A stretch of DNA of 64,000 nt from Mobula hypostoma (Eukaryota). The stretch lies in assembly GCF_963921235.1 (NCBI RefSeq), contig NC_086108.1, forward strand, positions 64,048,001 to 64,112,000, given 5' to 3'. Below, piece after piece: positions 12,926 to 24,410 of the stretch (position 1 is the first letter of the stretch; every line of letters starts with the position of its first letter). Below the pieces are notes generated by a model. The model saw nothing but the letters and a program-made list of their open reading frames with translations, was not told where the DNA came from and ran no database searches. The translations under genes and the position numbers were made by a program.

Positions 12926-13323
12926 GAAGGAGATGAGCTATCAACTTCAAACTTTCTGCATAATCACTGAAAGAGTTGAACTGCACGAGAATCTCCTTCT
13001 ACCTTAGGCCACAAAACTATCAATCACCCATGCTGTGGACCACCTGGAGGTCCAAAACGCTCTTGTAACATGCACGTGCAGTTCAACTCTTTGAGTGATA
13101 ATGCAGAAAGTTTGTTAATAACTCACCTCCTTCTACCTTAGGCAATGAACTTATCAATCAGCCCTGCTGTGGACCATTTCTGCAAAGAAAGGATCCGTAT
13201 GGTCCATGACCGCTGGACTAAGTGTGTAAATGTAGGAGGGGACTATGTTGAAATATAAATGTGATAGGTTCTCTAAAATTGACTCCTTCTACCTTAGGCC
13301 ACGAACCTATCAATCATCCCTCG
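12925..13323 (+). mobile_element. Non-autonomous mariner derivative
   Basis: Right TIR ...CCTTAGGCCACGAACCTATCAATCATCCCTCG|TA; transposase C-terminus IRMVHDRWTKCVNVGGDYVEI* at about 13193-13258. Confidence 0.85.
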
Positions 13324-13534
13324 TAGCATCAGATCCTGATGAAGGATCTCAATTTGAAATGTTAACAATTGTTTTGCCTCCATAGTTGCTGCCTGACCCA
13401 TTAAGTTCTTCCAACAGTTACCTTTTTGCCCCAGTATTCAGATACATTACTGACCCAGAATTAAGCATCCCCTAATTGTGCAGTGAGCTTGCACATGCAA
13501 GACCAGTAACAGCAGCACATAGCAAGATTAGCAA

Positions 13535-13865
13535 CCTAGAGCCCCAGACTAATGATCTGGAGCCATAAATTCAAATTCTAATTCAGCAATTTAAAAACAT
13601 CTTTAATTTTTTTTGAATAACATTAATACTGGTGAAAATGAAACAACTTGAATATCATACAAATACATGAGATTTAATAAAGTTCTTCACAGAATAAAAT
13701 CTGCTGTCCTTACCTGATCTGGTCAATACGGTGAATTCTTAACTGTCCTTCAAAACGGTCTAGCAAACCACTCAGTCAAGAATATATCTATTTCATTACC
13801 ATCTCCTCCAGGGCACCAACGCATTGCCTCAGTAGCAATGTCCTCAAACTGCGAATTAATAAATA
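13535..13865 (+). mobile_element. Old degenerate SINE-like repeat
   Basis: Motifs AATCTGCTGTCCTTACCTGATCTGG and TCTTAACTGTCCTTCAAAACGGTCTAGCAAACCACTCAG recalled from chondrichthyan SINEs; family not confirmed. Confidence 0.5.
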
Positions 13866-14599
13866 TGGGCTATTTATTCATTTATTAACTAAAAATCCAA
13901 GAAAATCCAGGAAAAGATATAAATATTTGGAAATAGTTTTGTTATATCTGCTAACAGAAAATCAGAAATCACTCTTCCTTTCTTGTTCATAGAAAACTCA
14001 TGCAATTAATTGTGAAGTATAATTGAAAAGTTAGCAGTTACGATTTTCTGTCACTGAGTTTAAAGCTAAAGCAGATTTGGTAGCTGTACTTCAATACTGA
14101 TGAAAACAAAGGCCATGTCTGTTGAAGGCATGGATGCAGTGTCCATTATTTAATATCTTAAAATACAGCAAGAGAAAGATTAGCTTTTGCTTTATCTGTC
14201 ACATGGAGTTGAAATGTGACAAATAAAGAGACAAAACAAGAGGATGCAGACCACAGAAAGACAGTGTCTGCAATATCCAGCTTGTAGCAGGATCCAAGGC
14301 AATATACAGCAAAGAATGACCTTTGAGATCATAAGAAAGCGGCTAGGAAATTTCAGTAGATCAAGCAGCATGGGTCAAGAAGCATTAACTTTTCAAGTCA
14401 TATCTTTATTGATTTCCCAGTTTATCAGTACACAAAATTATTCAATGGACTTACATTTTAAAGAATGTGAGTGAATATATATTTTCACCCACAGAATGGC
14501 CATGTCTAAAGCATTCCAACTCGTCTCATAAAACCAATACAGATTACACACCAACTAAATTGCATTGCCAATGCCTTTGAGGAATCCACTGCCTTTAAT

Positions 14600-15905
14600 T
14601 ATCAGAATCAGGTTTACTATCATGAGTCATGAAATTTGTTAACTTAGCAGCAGCAGTTCAGTGTAATACATAATATAGAAGAAAACAATAATAATAAATA
14701 AATAAATTACAGTATACATACATTGAATAGATTAAAAATCATGTAAAAAACAGAAAAAATACATATTAAAAAAGTGAGGTAGTGTCCAAGGGTTCAATGT
14801 CCATTTAGGAATCAGATGGCAGAGGGGAAGAAGCTGTTCCTGAAGCACTGAGTGTGTGCCTTCAGGCCTCTGTACCTCCCACTTGATGGTAACAATGAGA
14901 AAAGGGCATGTCCTGGGTGCTAGAGGTCCTTAATGATGGGCGTTGCCTTTCTGAGACACCGCTTCTTGAAAATTTCCTGTGTACTTTGTAGGCTAGTACG
15001 CAGGATGGAGCCAACTAAATTTACAACCCCCTGCAGCTTTTTTCGGTCCTGTGCAGTAACCTCCCCATACCAGACAATGATGCAGCCTGCCAGAATGCTC
15101 TCCACGGTACATCTGTAGAAGATTTTGAGTGTATTTGTTGACGTACCAAATCTCTTCAAACTCTTGCCTTATAACTATATCGATAAGTTGGGACCAGGTT
15201 AGATCCTCAGAGATCTTGAAACTCAGGAACTTGCAACTGCTCACTCTCTGCACTTCTGATCCTTCTATGAGGATTGGTATGTGTTCCTTTGTCTTACCCT
15301 TCCTGAAGTCCACAATCAACTCTTTTGTCTTACTGACATTGAGTGCCAGGTTGTTGCTGTGACACCACTCCACTAGTTGGCATATTTCGGTCCTGTACAC
15401 CCTCTCGTCACCATCTGAGATTCTACCAACAATGGTTGTATCATCAACAAATTTATAGATGGTATTTGAGCTATGCCAGGCCACACAGTCATGGGTATAG
15501 AGAGAGTAGAGCAGTGCATACCCCTGAGGTGCACCAGTGTTGATCGTCAGTGAGGAGGAGATGTTATCACCAATCCGCACAGATTGTGGTCTTCCGGTTA
15601 GGAATTTGAGGGTCCATTGCGGAGGGAGGTAAAGAGGTCCAGGTTCTGTAACTACTCAATCAGGATTTTGGGAATGATGGTATTAAATGCTGAGCTATAG
15701 TCGATTAACAGCATCCTGACATAGGTGTTTGAGTTGTCCAGGTGGTCTAAAACTGTGTGAAGAGCCATTGAGATTGCATCTGCCGTTGACCTATTGTGGC
15801 AATAGGCAGATTGCAATGGCTCCAGGTCCTTGCTAAGGCAGGAGTTCAGTCATGACTAACCTTTCAAAGCATTTCATCACTGTAGATGTGAGTGCTACCA
15901 GGTGA
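14600..15905 (-). mobile_element. Rex1/Babar LINE, 5'-truncated; same subfamily as 1-1908
   Basis: ORF 14993-15580 matches the copy at 1-1908 ([26 protein letters not shown]); GATTCT tail at 14600. Confidence 0.92.
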
Positions 15906-16049
15906 TTATTACACTGTCAGGTCTTTCCAGTAGTCTGTAGTCAGCTGATTTGCTGAAGTGACATGTTTCACTTCATGTTCATGAAGTTTCAACCTCATGG
16001 AAAAATGGATGAAGAGGAAAGCTATTTTAGGAGTGAAAAATAAACAATT

Positions 16050-17309
16050 CTAATTGAAGCTAGAGACGGAATCGGATGCACGTCAGCTCTGGCAGGGGTT
16101 GCAGGCCATTACTTCCTAACAAAGCAAAACCAAACATCATGAATGGTCATGATACTTCACTGCCAGATGAGTTCAATGTCTTTTATCCACGCTTTGAAAG
16201 TGAGAATAAACCCACTTCTCTATGAACCCCTACAGCATCTGGTGACCCTGAGATCTCTGTCTCAGAGTCTGAAGTCAGAACATCTTTCATGAGGGTGAAC
16301 CCTGGCAAGGCATCAGGCCCTGATGGTGTATCTGGTAGGGAGGGGTATTCAAGGACATCTTCAATCTCTCACTGCTGTAGTAGGAGAGGTTGGTCATGTC
16401 CAGAATCAGCTCCTGCCAAACTAAGCATGGACCTGGACCTGGACCTGCTGCAATTTGCCCATCATCAGAACAGGTCTACAACAGATGCAATCTCACTGGC
16501 TCTCCACTCGGCCTTGGATCACCTGCATAATAGGATTACCTATGTCAGGATGGTGTTCACTGATTACAGCTCAGAGTTCAACACAGTCATACCCTCACTA
16601 CTGATCAACAAGCTCCAAAACCTGGCTGCTGTACCTCCTTCTACATCTGGATCCGTGACATCCTCATCAGGAAACCACGGTCAGTGCAGATCTCCTCCTC
16701 ACTGACAATCAAAACCAGCATAGCTCAAGGATGCATGCTTAGCCCACTGCTCTACTCTCTCTACAGCCATGACTGTGTACAGCTCAAATGCCAGATGGTG
16801 ACGAGGAGGCATCAAGGAGTGATATAGGTCAGCTGGCTGAGTGGTGTCACAACAGCAGCCTTCCACTCAATGTTAGTGAAAACAAGTAATTGATTGTGGA
16901 TTTCAAGAAGGCGAAGTGAAGTGAACACACATCAGTCTTTGTCGAGTCATCAGCAGTTCCAATTTCTAGGGTGTCAATATCTCTGAAGATCTATCCTTGG
17001 CCCAACATATTGATGTAATTATGAAGAAAGCACTACAGCAGCTATATATCATTAAGATCTTGAGAAGTCTTGGAGACTTGATATCCTACCAAGACACTCG
17101 CAAATTTCTACAGATGTATTATAGAGAGCATCCTAACTGGGTCTAGTATGAAAGGACCACTGCACAGGAGAGAAAAAAGTTGCAGGAAGTTCCAAACTCA
17201 GTCAGTCTTATCATGGGCACGAACCTCCCCAGCATCAAGGACATGTTCAAAAGTGATGCCTCAAAAAGATGGCATCGGTCATTAAGGACCCCCATCACCC
17301 AGGACATAC
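16050..17309 (+). mobile_element. Rex1/Babar LINE with internal deletions
   Basis: RVNPGKASGPDGV, LQFAHHQNRSTTDAISLALHSALDHL, YVRMVFTDYSS. Confidence 0.88.
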
Positions 17310-17314
17310 CAAGG

Positions 17315-17552
17315 AGAATTGTGAGCATTTTTGGGCCCTTTATCTAAGAAAGGATGTACTGGTATTGGAAAGGGTCCAAAAGAGGCTCAGGAGAATGATC
17401 CCAGGAATGAAGATTGTTTGATGGCTCTGGGCCTCTGCTTGCTGGAGTTTAGAAGAATGAGGGGAGATCTTCTCTCAAATATTGAAAGGCTTATGTAGAG
17501 CGGATGGAAAAAGAATACTTACTATAGTAAGGGGAGTCTAGGACCAAAGGGC
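17315..17552 (+). mobile_element. CR1 3' fragment
   Basis: TATCTAAGAAAGGATGTACTGGTATTGGA...TTTAGAAGAATGAGGGGAGATCT, similar to other CR1 copies. Confidence 0.75.
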
Positions 17553-18035
17553 CATTTTGTATCCATCTCCTGACTTGTGCTTTTCAATAACCATTTTCTG
17601 GAGTTGCTTGTAGTGTTCGTTTATCTTCATATTGTAGTTTTTGCCAGGATACTGACTCACCAGCAGTTGGACCTTCCAGATACAGGTGTATATTTACTAC
17701 AATCAATTGAAACACCTTGACTGCACACAGGTGATCTCCATTGAACAAATTATGTGACTTCTAAAACCAATTGGCTGCACCAGTGATGATTTGGTGTCTC
17801 ATATTAAAGGTGGGCGGAGGGGTTGAATACTTAGGCAATCACTTATTTTGTGTTTTATATTTGTAATTAACTTAGATCACTTTGTAGAGATCTGTTTTCA
17901 CTTTGACACAAAAGAGTCTTTTTCTGTTGATCAGTGTCAAAAAAGCCAAATTAAATCCACTGTAATTCATTAAAACAATAAAACATGAAAACTTCCGGGA
18001 GGGGAGGTGGGGGTGAATACTTTTTATAGGCATTA
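17553..18035 (-). mobile_element. Tc1 left-end fragment (intact TIR plus transposase start)
   Basis: Reverse complement matches 7172-7314 joined to 9361-9670; TA at the outer end. Confidence 0.85.
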
Positions 18036-18799
18036 TACATTTGGGTTGCAAGCAGTCTGAAATACTACTTCTCATCAGGAGAATGGAAGTGATAATGTCA
18101 TTATATGCCATTGTTAATAAACATTAATAAACATGTTACCATGGGCATTGCTTTCAGCTCGACTGTGCTGCACCATTTGTCCCCGCCCACACTGGAAATG
18201 TTTGAACAGAAATTAACCTGATCATGGGTGGTATGGAATGCCTTGGAGACCTCGTGGAAGAAGGAAATTTTGAAGCATTCCCTGACAAGTCAATTGGTAG
18301 AATGCTTCATCACCAGAACTTTCAAGCACCAACCGTTGCTCAGCTAGTGATGAGATAGGCAGCACAGCAGCTCTGTGGGAAAAGACCGAAGTACAGGGTC
18401 ACACCTATCATTCAACACTGTAACCTTTCATACTTACCATGGACGGAATGTGTGGAATGAAAAAAAGTTGCCATTTTGACATAATATAAATAGTGCAACT
18501 AACTGTAATGACATAGCCCACCCACAAAATCCTGAGAAACTTTGGCAGAAGGTAAAACTCTGCCATCAAATTATTCAATATTTTTCTATACTTTGACGAG
18601 GATCAACTGAAAATTCTCAAAATTCCTTTTTATATAATTAAAAATATACAACAAGACATAGATAGTTAAAAGTAATATAACATACCTTCTAGTTGTATAC
18701 CCACAGCACCAGAGTCACCAGAGCACAGCAAGAGAATGACTGGCAGACCCAGACAGCACATGAGAACATTACAGAAGTGCAGATGTGAAATGGCACAGA

Positions 18800-19058
18800 A
18801 TCATCATCAGGTTTAATATCACAGGCATATGTTGTGAAATTTGTTGTTTTGATAGCCAAACAATGTAGACAGTTTACATGGGTTAATTGCCCATTCAGAA
18901 ATGTGATGATGAAGGGGAAGAAACTGTTCCTGAAGCATAGAGTGTATATCTTCAGACTCCTCTAACTCCTCCTTGATGGTAGTAATGAGAAGAGGGCATA
19001 TCCTGGGTGAAAGGATTTATTTAATATTGGATGCCGCTTTTTTGAGGCATCGCCTATT
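18800..19058 (-). mobile_element. Rex1 3' fragment
   Basis: HPGYALFSLLPSRR; tail ...TATTAAACCTGATGATGATTCT. Confidence 0.8.
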
Positions 19059-19061
19059 GTA

Positions 19062-19298
19062 GATAAAATCAGAATCAGGCTATTTGGCCCATTGCATCTG
19101 CTCTGGCATTCTATCATGGCTGATTTATTATCCCTCTCAACCCCATTCTCCTGCCTTCTTCCAGTCACCTTTGATGCCCTGACTGAACAAGAACTTATCA
19201 AACTCAATTTTAAATACTAAACCCAATGAATTGGCCACCATAGCTGATTGATGTAACAAATGCAGATTCATATTCTCTGACTAAGTAAATACCTAAGA
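19062..19298 (-). mobile_element. CR1 3' fragment
   Basis: GAGAATGGGGTTGAGAGGGATAATAAATCAGCCATGAT on minus. Confidence 0.75.
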
Positions 19299-19677
19299 AT
19301 GCCTAAGAATGGTCCTCCAGGTCAGCTGTTCATCCTAAGTTCTGTCCGATCTCAATTACTTCAATGGGGATTTGCATCAAGAATGACCGCTCATCCTGGC
19401 ATTTCCAGGACCTTTGAGTTCATTAAGAGAAGATATTGGTGGCCTGGAATGGTGAGGGAGGTCCGTCAATACGTGCAGGCATGTGAGGTGTGCACCCAGA
19501 ACAAGGAGTTCTGCACCCAATCTCAAAGGTTCCTTTATCCTCTGCCTGTTGCAGACAGGCATAGGTGCACATCTCCATGTACTTTGTCATAGGTCTTCCT
19601 CCTTCCAAGGGGAAGACCATCATGTAGGTAATTGTCGATAATTTTTGAAAGGCCTGCAAATTCATTGCCTTGGATAA

Positions 19678-22600
19678 AGGCAACAGATATACTGTTTTGG
19701 ATACTGTTGGGGGAGATGTCTCTTCAGGGGAAGACAGCAGCAGCCGAGTTCGTGGCACCATGGGTAGCTCTGCAGCACAGGAGGGAAGAAAAAGGAGTGG
19801 GAGAGCTATAGTGATAGGGGATTCGATTGTAAGGGGAATAGATAGGCGTTTCTGCGGATGCAAACGAGACTCCAGGAGGGTATGTTGCCTCCCTGGTGCA
19901 AGGGTCAAGGATGTCTCTGAGCGGCTGCAGGACAATCTGGAGTGGGAGGGTGAACAGCCAGTGGTCGTGGTGCACATAGATACCAACGATACAAGTTAAA
20001 AACGGGATGAGGTCCTACAAGCTGAATTTAGGGAGTTAGGAGATAAACTAAAAAGTAGGACCACAAAGGTAACAATCTCTGGATTACTACCAGTACCAAG
20101 TGCTAGTCAGAGTAGAAATAGGAAGATATTTCAGATGAATACGTGGCTTGAAAAATGGTGCAAGGGGGAGAGATTCAAATTTCTGGGGCATTGGGGCCAG
20201 TTCTGGAGGAGGTGAGACCGGTACAAACAGGACGGTCCGCACCTGGGCTGGACTGGAACCAATGTCCTAGGGGGAGCATTCGCTACTGTTCAGGAGGATT
20301 TAAACTAATGTGGCAGGGTGATGGGAACAAATGCAGAGAGACAGAGGGGTGTAAAATAAGGGTAGAAGCAGAAAGTAGTAAGGTGAAAAGTAAAAGTGGC
20401 AGGCCAGCAAATCCAGGGCAAAAATCAAAAAGGGCCTCTTTTCAACATAATTGTATAAGGGCTAAAAGTGTTGTAAAAGCAAGCCTGAAGGATTTGTGCG
20501 TCAATGCAAGGAGCATTCGTAACAAGGTGGACGAATTGAATGTGCAGATAGTTATTAATGAATATGATATAGTTGGGATCACAGAGGCATGACTCCAGGG
20601 TGACCAAGGATGGGAGCTCAACATTCAGGGACATTCAATATTCAGGAGGGATAGACATGAAAGAAAAGGAGGTGGGGTAGCGTTGCTGGTTAGAGAGGAG
20701 ATTAACGCAATAGAAAGGAAGGACATTAGCCCAGAGGATGTGGAATCGATATGGGTAGAGCTGCATAACACTAAGGGGCAGAAAACACTGGTGGAATGTG
20801 TGTACAGGCCACCTAACAGTAGTAGTGAGGTTGGGGATGGCATTAAACAGGAAATTAGAAATGCATGCAATAAAGGAACAGCAGTTATAATGGGTGACTT
20901 CAATCTACATATAGATTGGGTGAACCAAATTGGTAAGGGTGCTGAGGAAGAGGATTTCTTGGAATGTATGCGGGATAGTTTACTGAACCAACATGTCGAG
21001 GAACCATCTAGAGAGCAGGCCATTCTGGACTGGGTTTTGAGCAATGAGGAAGGGTTAGTTAGCAATCTTGTTGTGCGAGGCCCCTTGGGTAAGAGTGACC
21101 ATAATATGATGGAATTCTTCATTAAGATGGAGAGTGATATAGTTAATTCAGTAACGAAGGTTCTGAACTTAAAGAAGGTTAACTTTAAAGGTATGACACG
21201 TGAATTAGCCAAGATAGACTGGCAAATGATACTTAAAGGGTTGACGGTGGATATGCAATGGCAAGCATTTAAAGATAGTATGGATGAACTACAACAATTG
21301 TTCATCCCAGTTTGACAGAAGAATAAACCAGGGAAGGTAATGCACCCGTGGCTGACAAGGGAAATTAGGGATAGTATCAATTCCAAAGAAGAAACATACA
21401 AATTAGCCAGAAAAAGCAGCACACCTGAGCACTGGGAGAAATTCAGAGTCCAGCAGAGGAGGACAAAGGGCTTAATTAGGAAAGGGAAAAAAGATTATGA
21501 GAGAAAGCTGGCAGGGAACATAAAAACTTACTGTAAAAGCTTTTATAGATATGTGAAAAGAAAAAGATTGGTTAAGACAAATGTAGGTCCCTTACAGTCA
21601 GAAAAAATTGAATTGATCATGGGGAACAAGGACATGGCAGACCAACTGAATAACTACTTTGGTTCTGTCTTCACTAAGAAGGACATAAATAATCTTCCGG
21701 AAATAGTAGGGAACCAAGGTTCTGGTGAGACGGAGGAACTGAGGGAAATACATGTTAGTAGGGAAGTGGTGTTAGGTAAATTGAAGAGATTAAAGGCAGA
21801 TAAATCCCCAGGCCCAGATGGTCTGCATCCCAGAGTGCTTAAGGAAGTAGCCCAAGAAATAGTGGATGCATTAGTGATAATTTTTCAAACCTCTTCAGAT
21901 TCTGGATTCATTCCTGAGGATTGGAGGGTGGCTAATGTAACCCCGCTTTTTAAAAAAGGAGGGAGAGAGAAACCAGGGAATTATAGACCGGTTAGCCTAA
22001 CATCTGTAGTGGGGAAAATGCTAGAGTCAGTCATCAAAGATGTGATAACAGCACATCTGGAAAGCTGTGAAATTATCAGACAAAGTCAGCATGGATTTGT
22101 GAAAGGAAAATCATGTCTGACGAATCTCATAGAATTTTTTGAGGATGTAACTAGTAGAGTGGAGAGGGGAGAACCAGCGGATGTGGTAGATTTGGATTTT
22201 CAAAAGGCTTTTGACAAGGTCGCACACAGGAGATTAGTGTGCGAACTTAAAGCACATGGTATTGGGGGTATGGTATTGATGTGGATAGAGAATTGGTTGG
22301 CAGACAGGAAACAAAGAGTGGGAATAAACGGGACCTTTTCAGAATGGCAGGCAGTGACTAGTGGGGTACCGCAAGGCTCAGTGCTGGGCCTCCAGTTGTT
22401 TACAATATATATTCATGACTTACACGAGGGAATTAAATGCAGCATCTCCAAGTTTGTGGATGACATGAAGCTGGGCAGCAGTGTTAGCTGTGAGGAGGAT
22501 GCTAAGAGGATGCAGGGTGACTTGGATAGGTTAAGCGAGTGGGCAATTTCATGGCAAATGCAATTTAATGTGGATAAATGTGAGGTTATCCATTTTGGTG

Positions 22601-23389
22601 GCAAGAACAGCAAAACAGATTATTATCTGAATGGTGGCGGATTAGGAAAAGGGGAGGTGCATCGAGACCTGGGTGTCATTGTACACCAATCATTGAAAGT
22701 GGGCATGCAGGTACAGCAGGTGGTGAAAAAGGCGAATGGTATGCTGGCATTCCTAGCAAGAGGATTCGAGTACAGGAGCAGGGAGGTACTACTGCAGTTG
22801 TACAAGGCCTTGGTGAGACCATACCTGGAGTATTGTGTGCAGTTTTGGTCCCCTAATCTGAGGAAAGACATTCTTGCCATAGAGGGAGTACAAAGAAGGT
22901 TCACCAGATTGATTCCTGGGATGGCAGGACTTTCATATGATGAAGGATTGGATCAACTAGGCTTATACTTGCTGGAATTTAGAAGATTGAGGGGGGATCT
23001 GATTGAATCGTATAAAATTTCTAAAGGGATTGGACAGGCTAGATGCAGGAAGATTGTTCCCGATGTTGGGGAAGTCCAGAATGAGGGATCACAGTTTGAG
23101 GATAAAGGGGAAGCCTTTTAGGACCGAGACGAGGAAAAACCTCTTCACACAGAGAGTGGTGAATCTGTGGAATTCTCTGCCACAGGAAACAGTCGAGGCC
23201 AGTTCATTGGCTATATTTAAGAAGGAGTTAGATATGGCCCTTGTTGCTAAAAGGATCAGGGGGTATGGAGAGAAGGCAGGTACAGGGTTCTGAGTTGGAT
23301 GATCAGCCATGATCATACTGAATGGCGGTGCAGGCTCGAAGGGCAGAATGGCCTACTCCTGCACCTATTTTCTATGTTTCTGTGTTTCT
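19678..23389 (+). mobile_element. CR1 LINE, near full length (ORF1 esterase, ORF2 APE-RT), a few stops and frameshifts
   Basis: ORF1 VIGDSIVRG...CLPGARV...VHIDTND (SGNH esterase); APE NARSIRNK, VYRPP, MGDFN, SDH; RT ORF 21340-23121; GTTTCTAT-type tail; TSD ATAA at 19674-19677 and 23390-23393. Confidence 0.96.
20478..23293 (+). pseudogene. CR1 ORF2 (APE endonuclease plus reverse transcriptase), interrupted
   Basis: In-frame stops at about 20590 and 21313, frameshift near 23020; DFQKAFD, GVPQGSVLG, FVDD. Confidence 0.93.
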
Positions 23390-24122
23390 ATAATCTACCA
23401 TCTGCAGCGGAAATGGCTGAAATTGTCCTGCACCAGTTTTCAGGTTTTCCAGTAGACCACAACACTTTACAGCATTCAGTACATGGGATATCTCTGCTGA
23501 AATGCAAATTGACTTTTTTTCCTCCACTCTTACCTGAGCAGGAGACCAAGGTTGGAGGTCCTGCAGCCAAAGATCTCGTCCAACAGTGCAAGGAGAGATG
23601 GACTGGGGCAATTGTGATTTTGGTGGCCTCTACCTGGAAGGCTGAAATAAAGGCTAACCACAAGAGAAGACAGGGACCAGTCTTGCAGCTTGGGCAATGA
23701 GTCTGACTGTCGATTCAGAATTTTCCTCAAGGTGCAGTCTAGGAAATTGGCGCCTAAGTTCATTTGACCCTTCAAGATTCTCAAGAAAGTAACACCAGAG
23801 GCTTACACCTTGCAGCTCCCCAAGACCCTCAAGATCAATCTTACTTTCCACATTTCCAAATTAACACCAGCCCTTTAGCCCCACCACCATCGGTCCTGCT
23901 GCCACCCAGGCTGGTCGCTGGGGAACAGGTCTTCACCATCAAAAGAACTTTGGATACACAAACTGTTCAGGGTGTTTGGCAGTTCCTTGTAGACAGGGAA
24001 GGATTCGGACCTGAGGAACGGTACTGTGTTCCTGAAAGGGACATCTTGGATCCGGCGCTCATCCATCATCATCTCTCCGTGCAGTCAGCACTGTCAAGAG
24101 TCAGCCACAGGGGACAGGGTCC

Positions 24123-24410
24123 TGTTTCGATATACTTTAGGGGTTTAGATGCTTCAACTCTCCAGAATATGGATATCTGCCATGACCCCCTTAAGGATTT
24201 AAGTCCACTCCACTAATTGGCACCATGTTTTGTTGCCAGGATTTCAATATTTAAGGACACCTGAACTGAGGTTCGGTGCTCAATTGTCCACTTTACTTTG
24301 GATTCTCATCTAGTGTCTAGTTTTGTACCCTGACCTCTTTTAGTGTTGATTCTAGTCTTGACTAATCCAGCACCTGGGTCCTAACCATCCTGACCAAGGC
24401 TCCTGTCACA
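24123..24410 (+). repeat. 3' LTR of the Gypsy element (288 bp)
   Basis: TGT...GCACCTGGGTCC...TGTCACA directly after purine-rich AGGGGACAGGG. Confidence 0.7.

Larger units (their letters stand above)
19299..24410 (+). mobile_element. Gypsy chromovirus-type LTR retrotransposon remnant (integrase, chromodomain, 3' LTR), split by CR1
   Basis: HPGISRTFEFIKRRYWWPGM...CEVC zinc-binding domain; GLPPSKG; KFIALD|NLPSAAE; KLAPKFI; chromodomain FTIKRTLD..QFLVDREGFGPEER..VPERDILDP; purine-rich tract then LTR. Confidence 0.9.

Noticed and set aside
20625..21422. 265-aa minus-strand ORF and similar antisense ORFs over CR1 and Rex1 copies
   Set aside because: Antisense shadows of LINE ORF2 that recur in each copy
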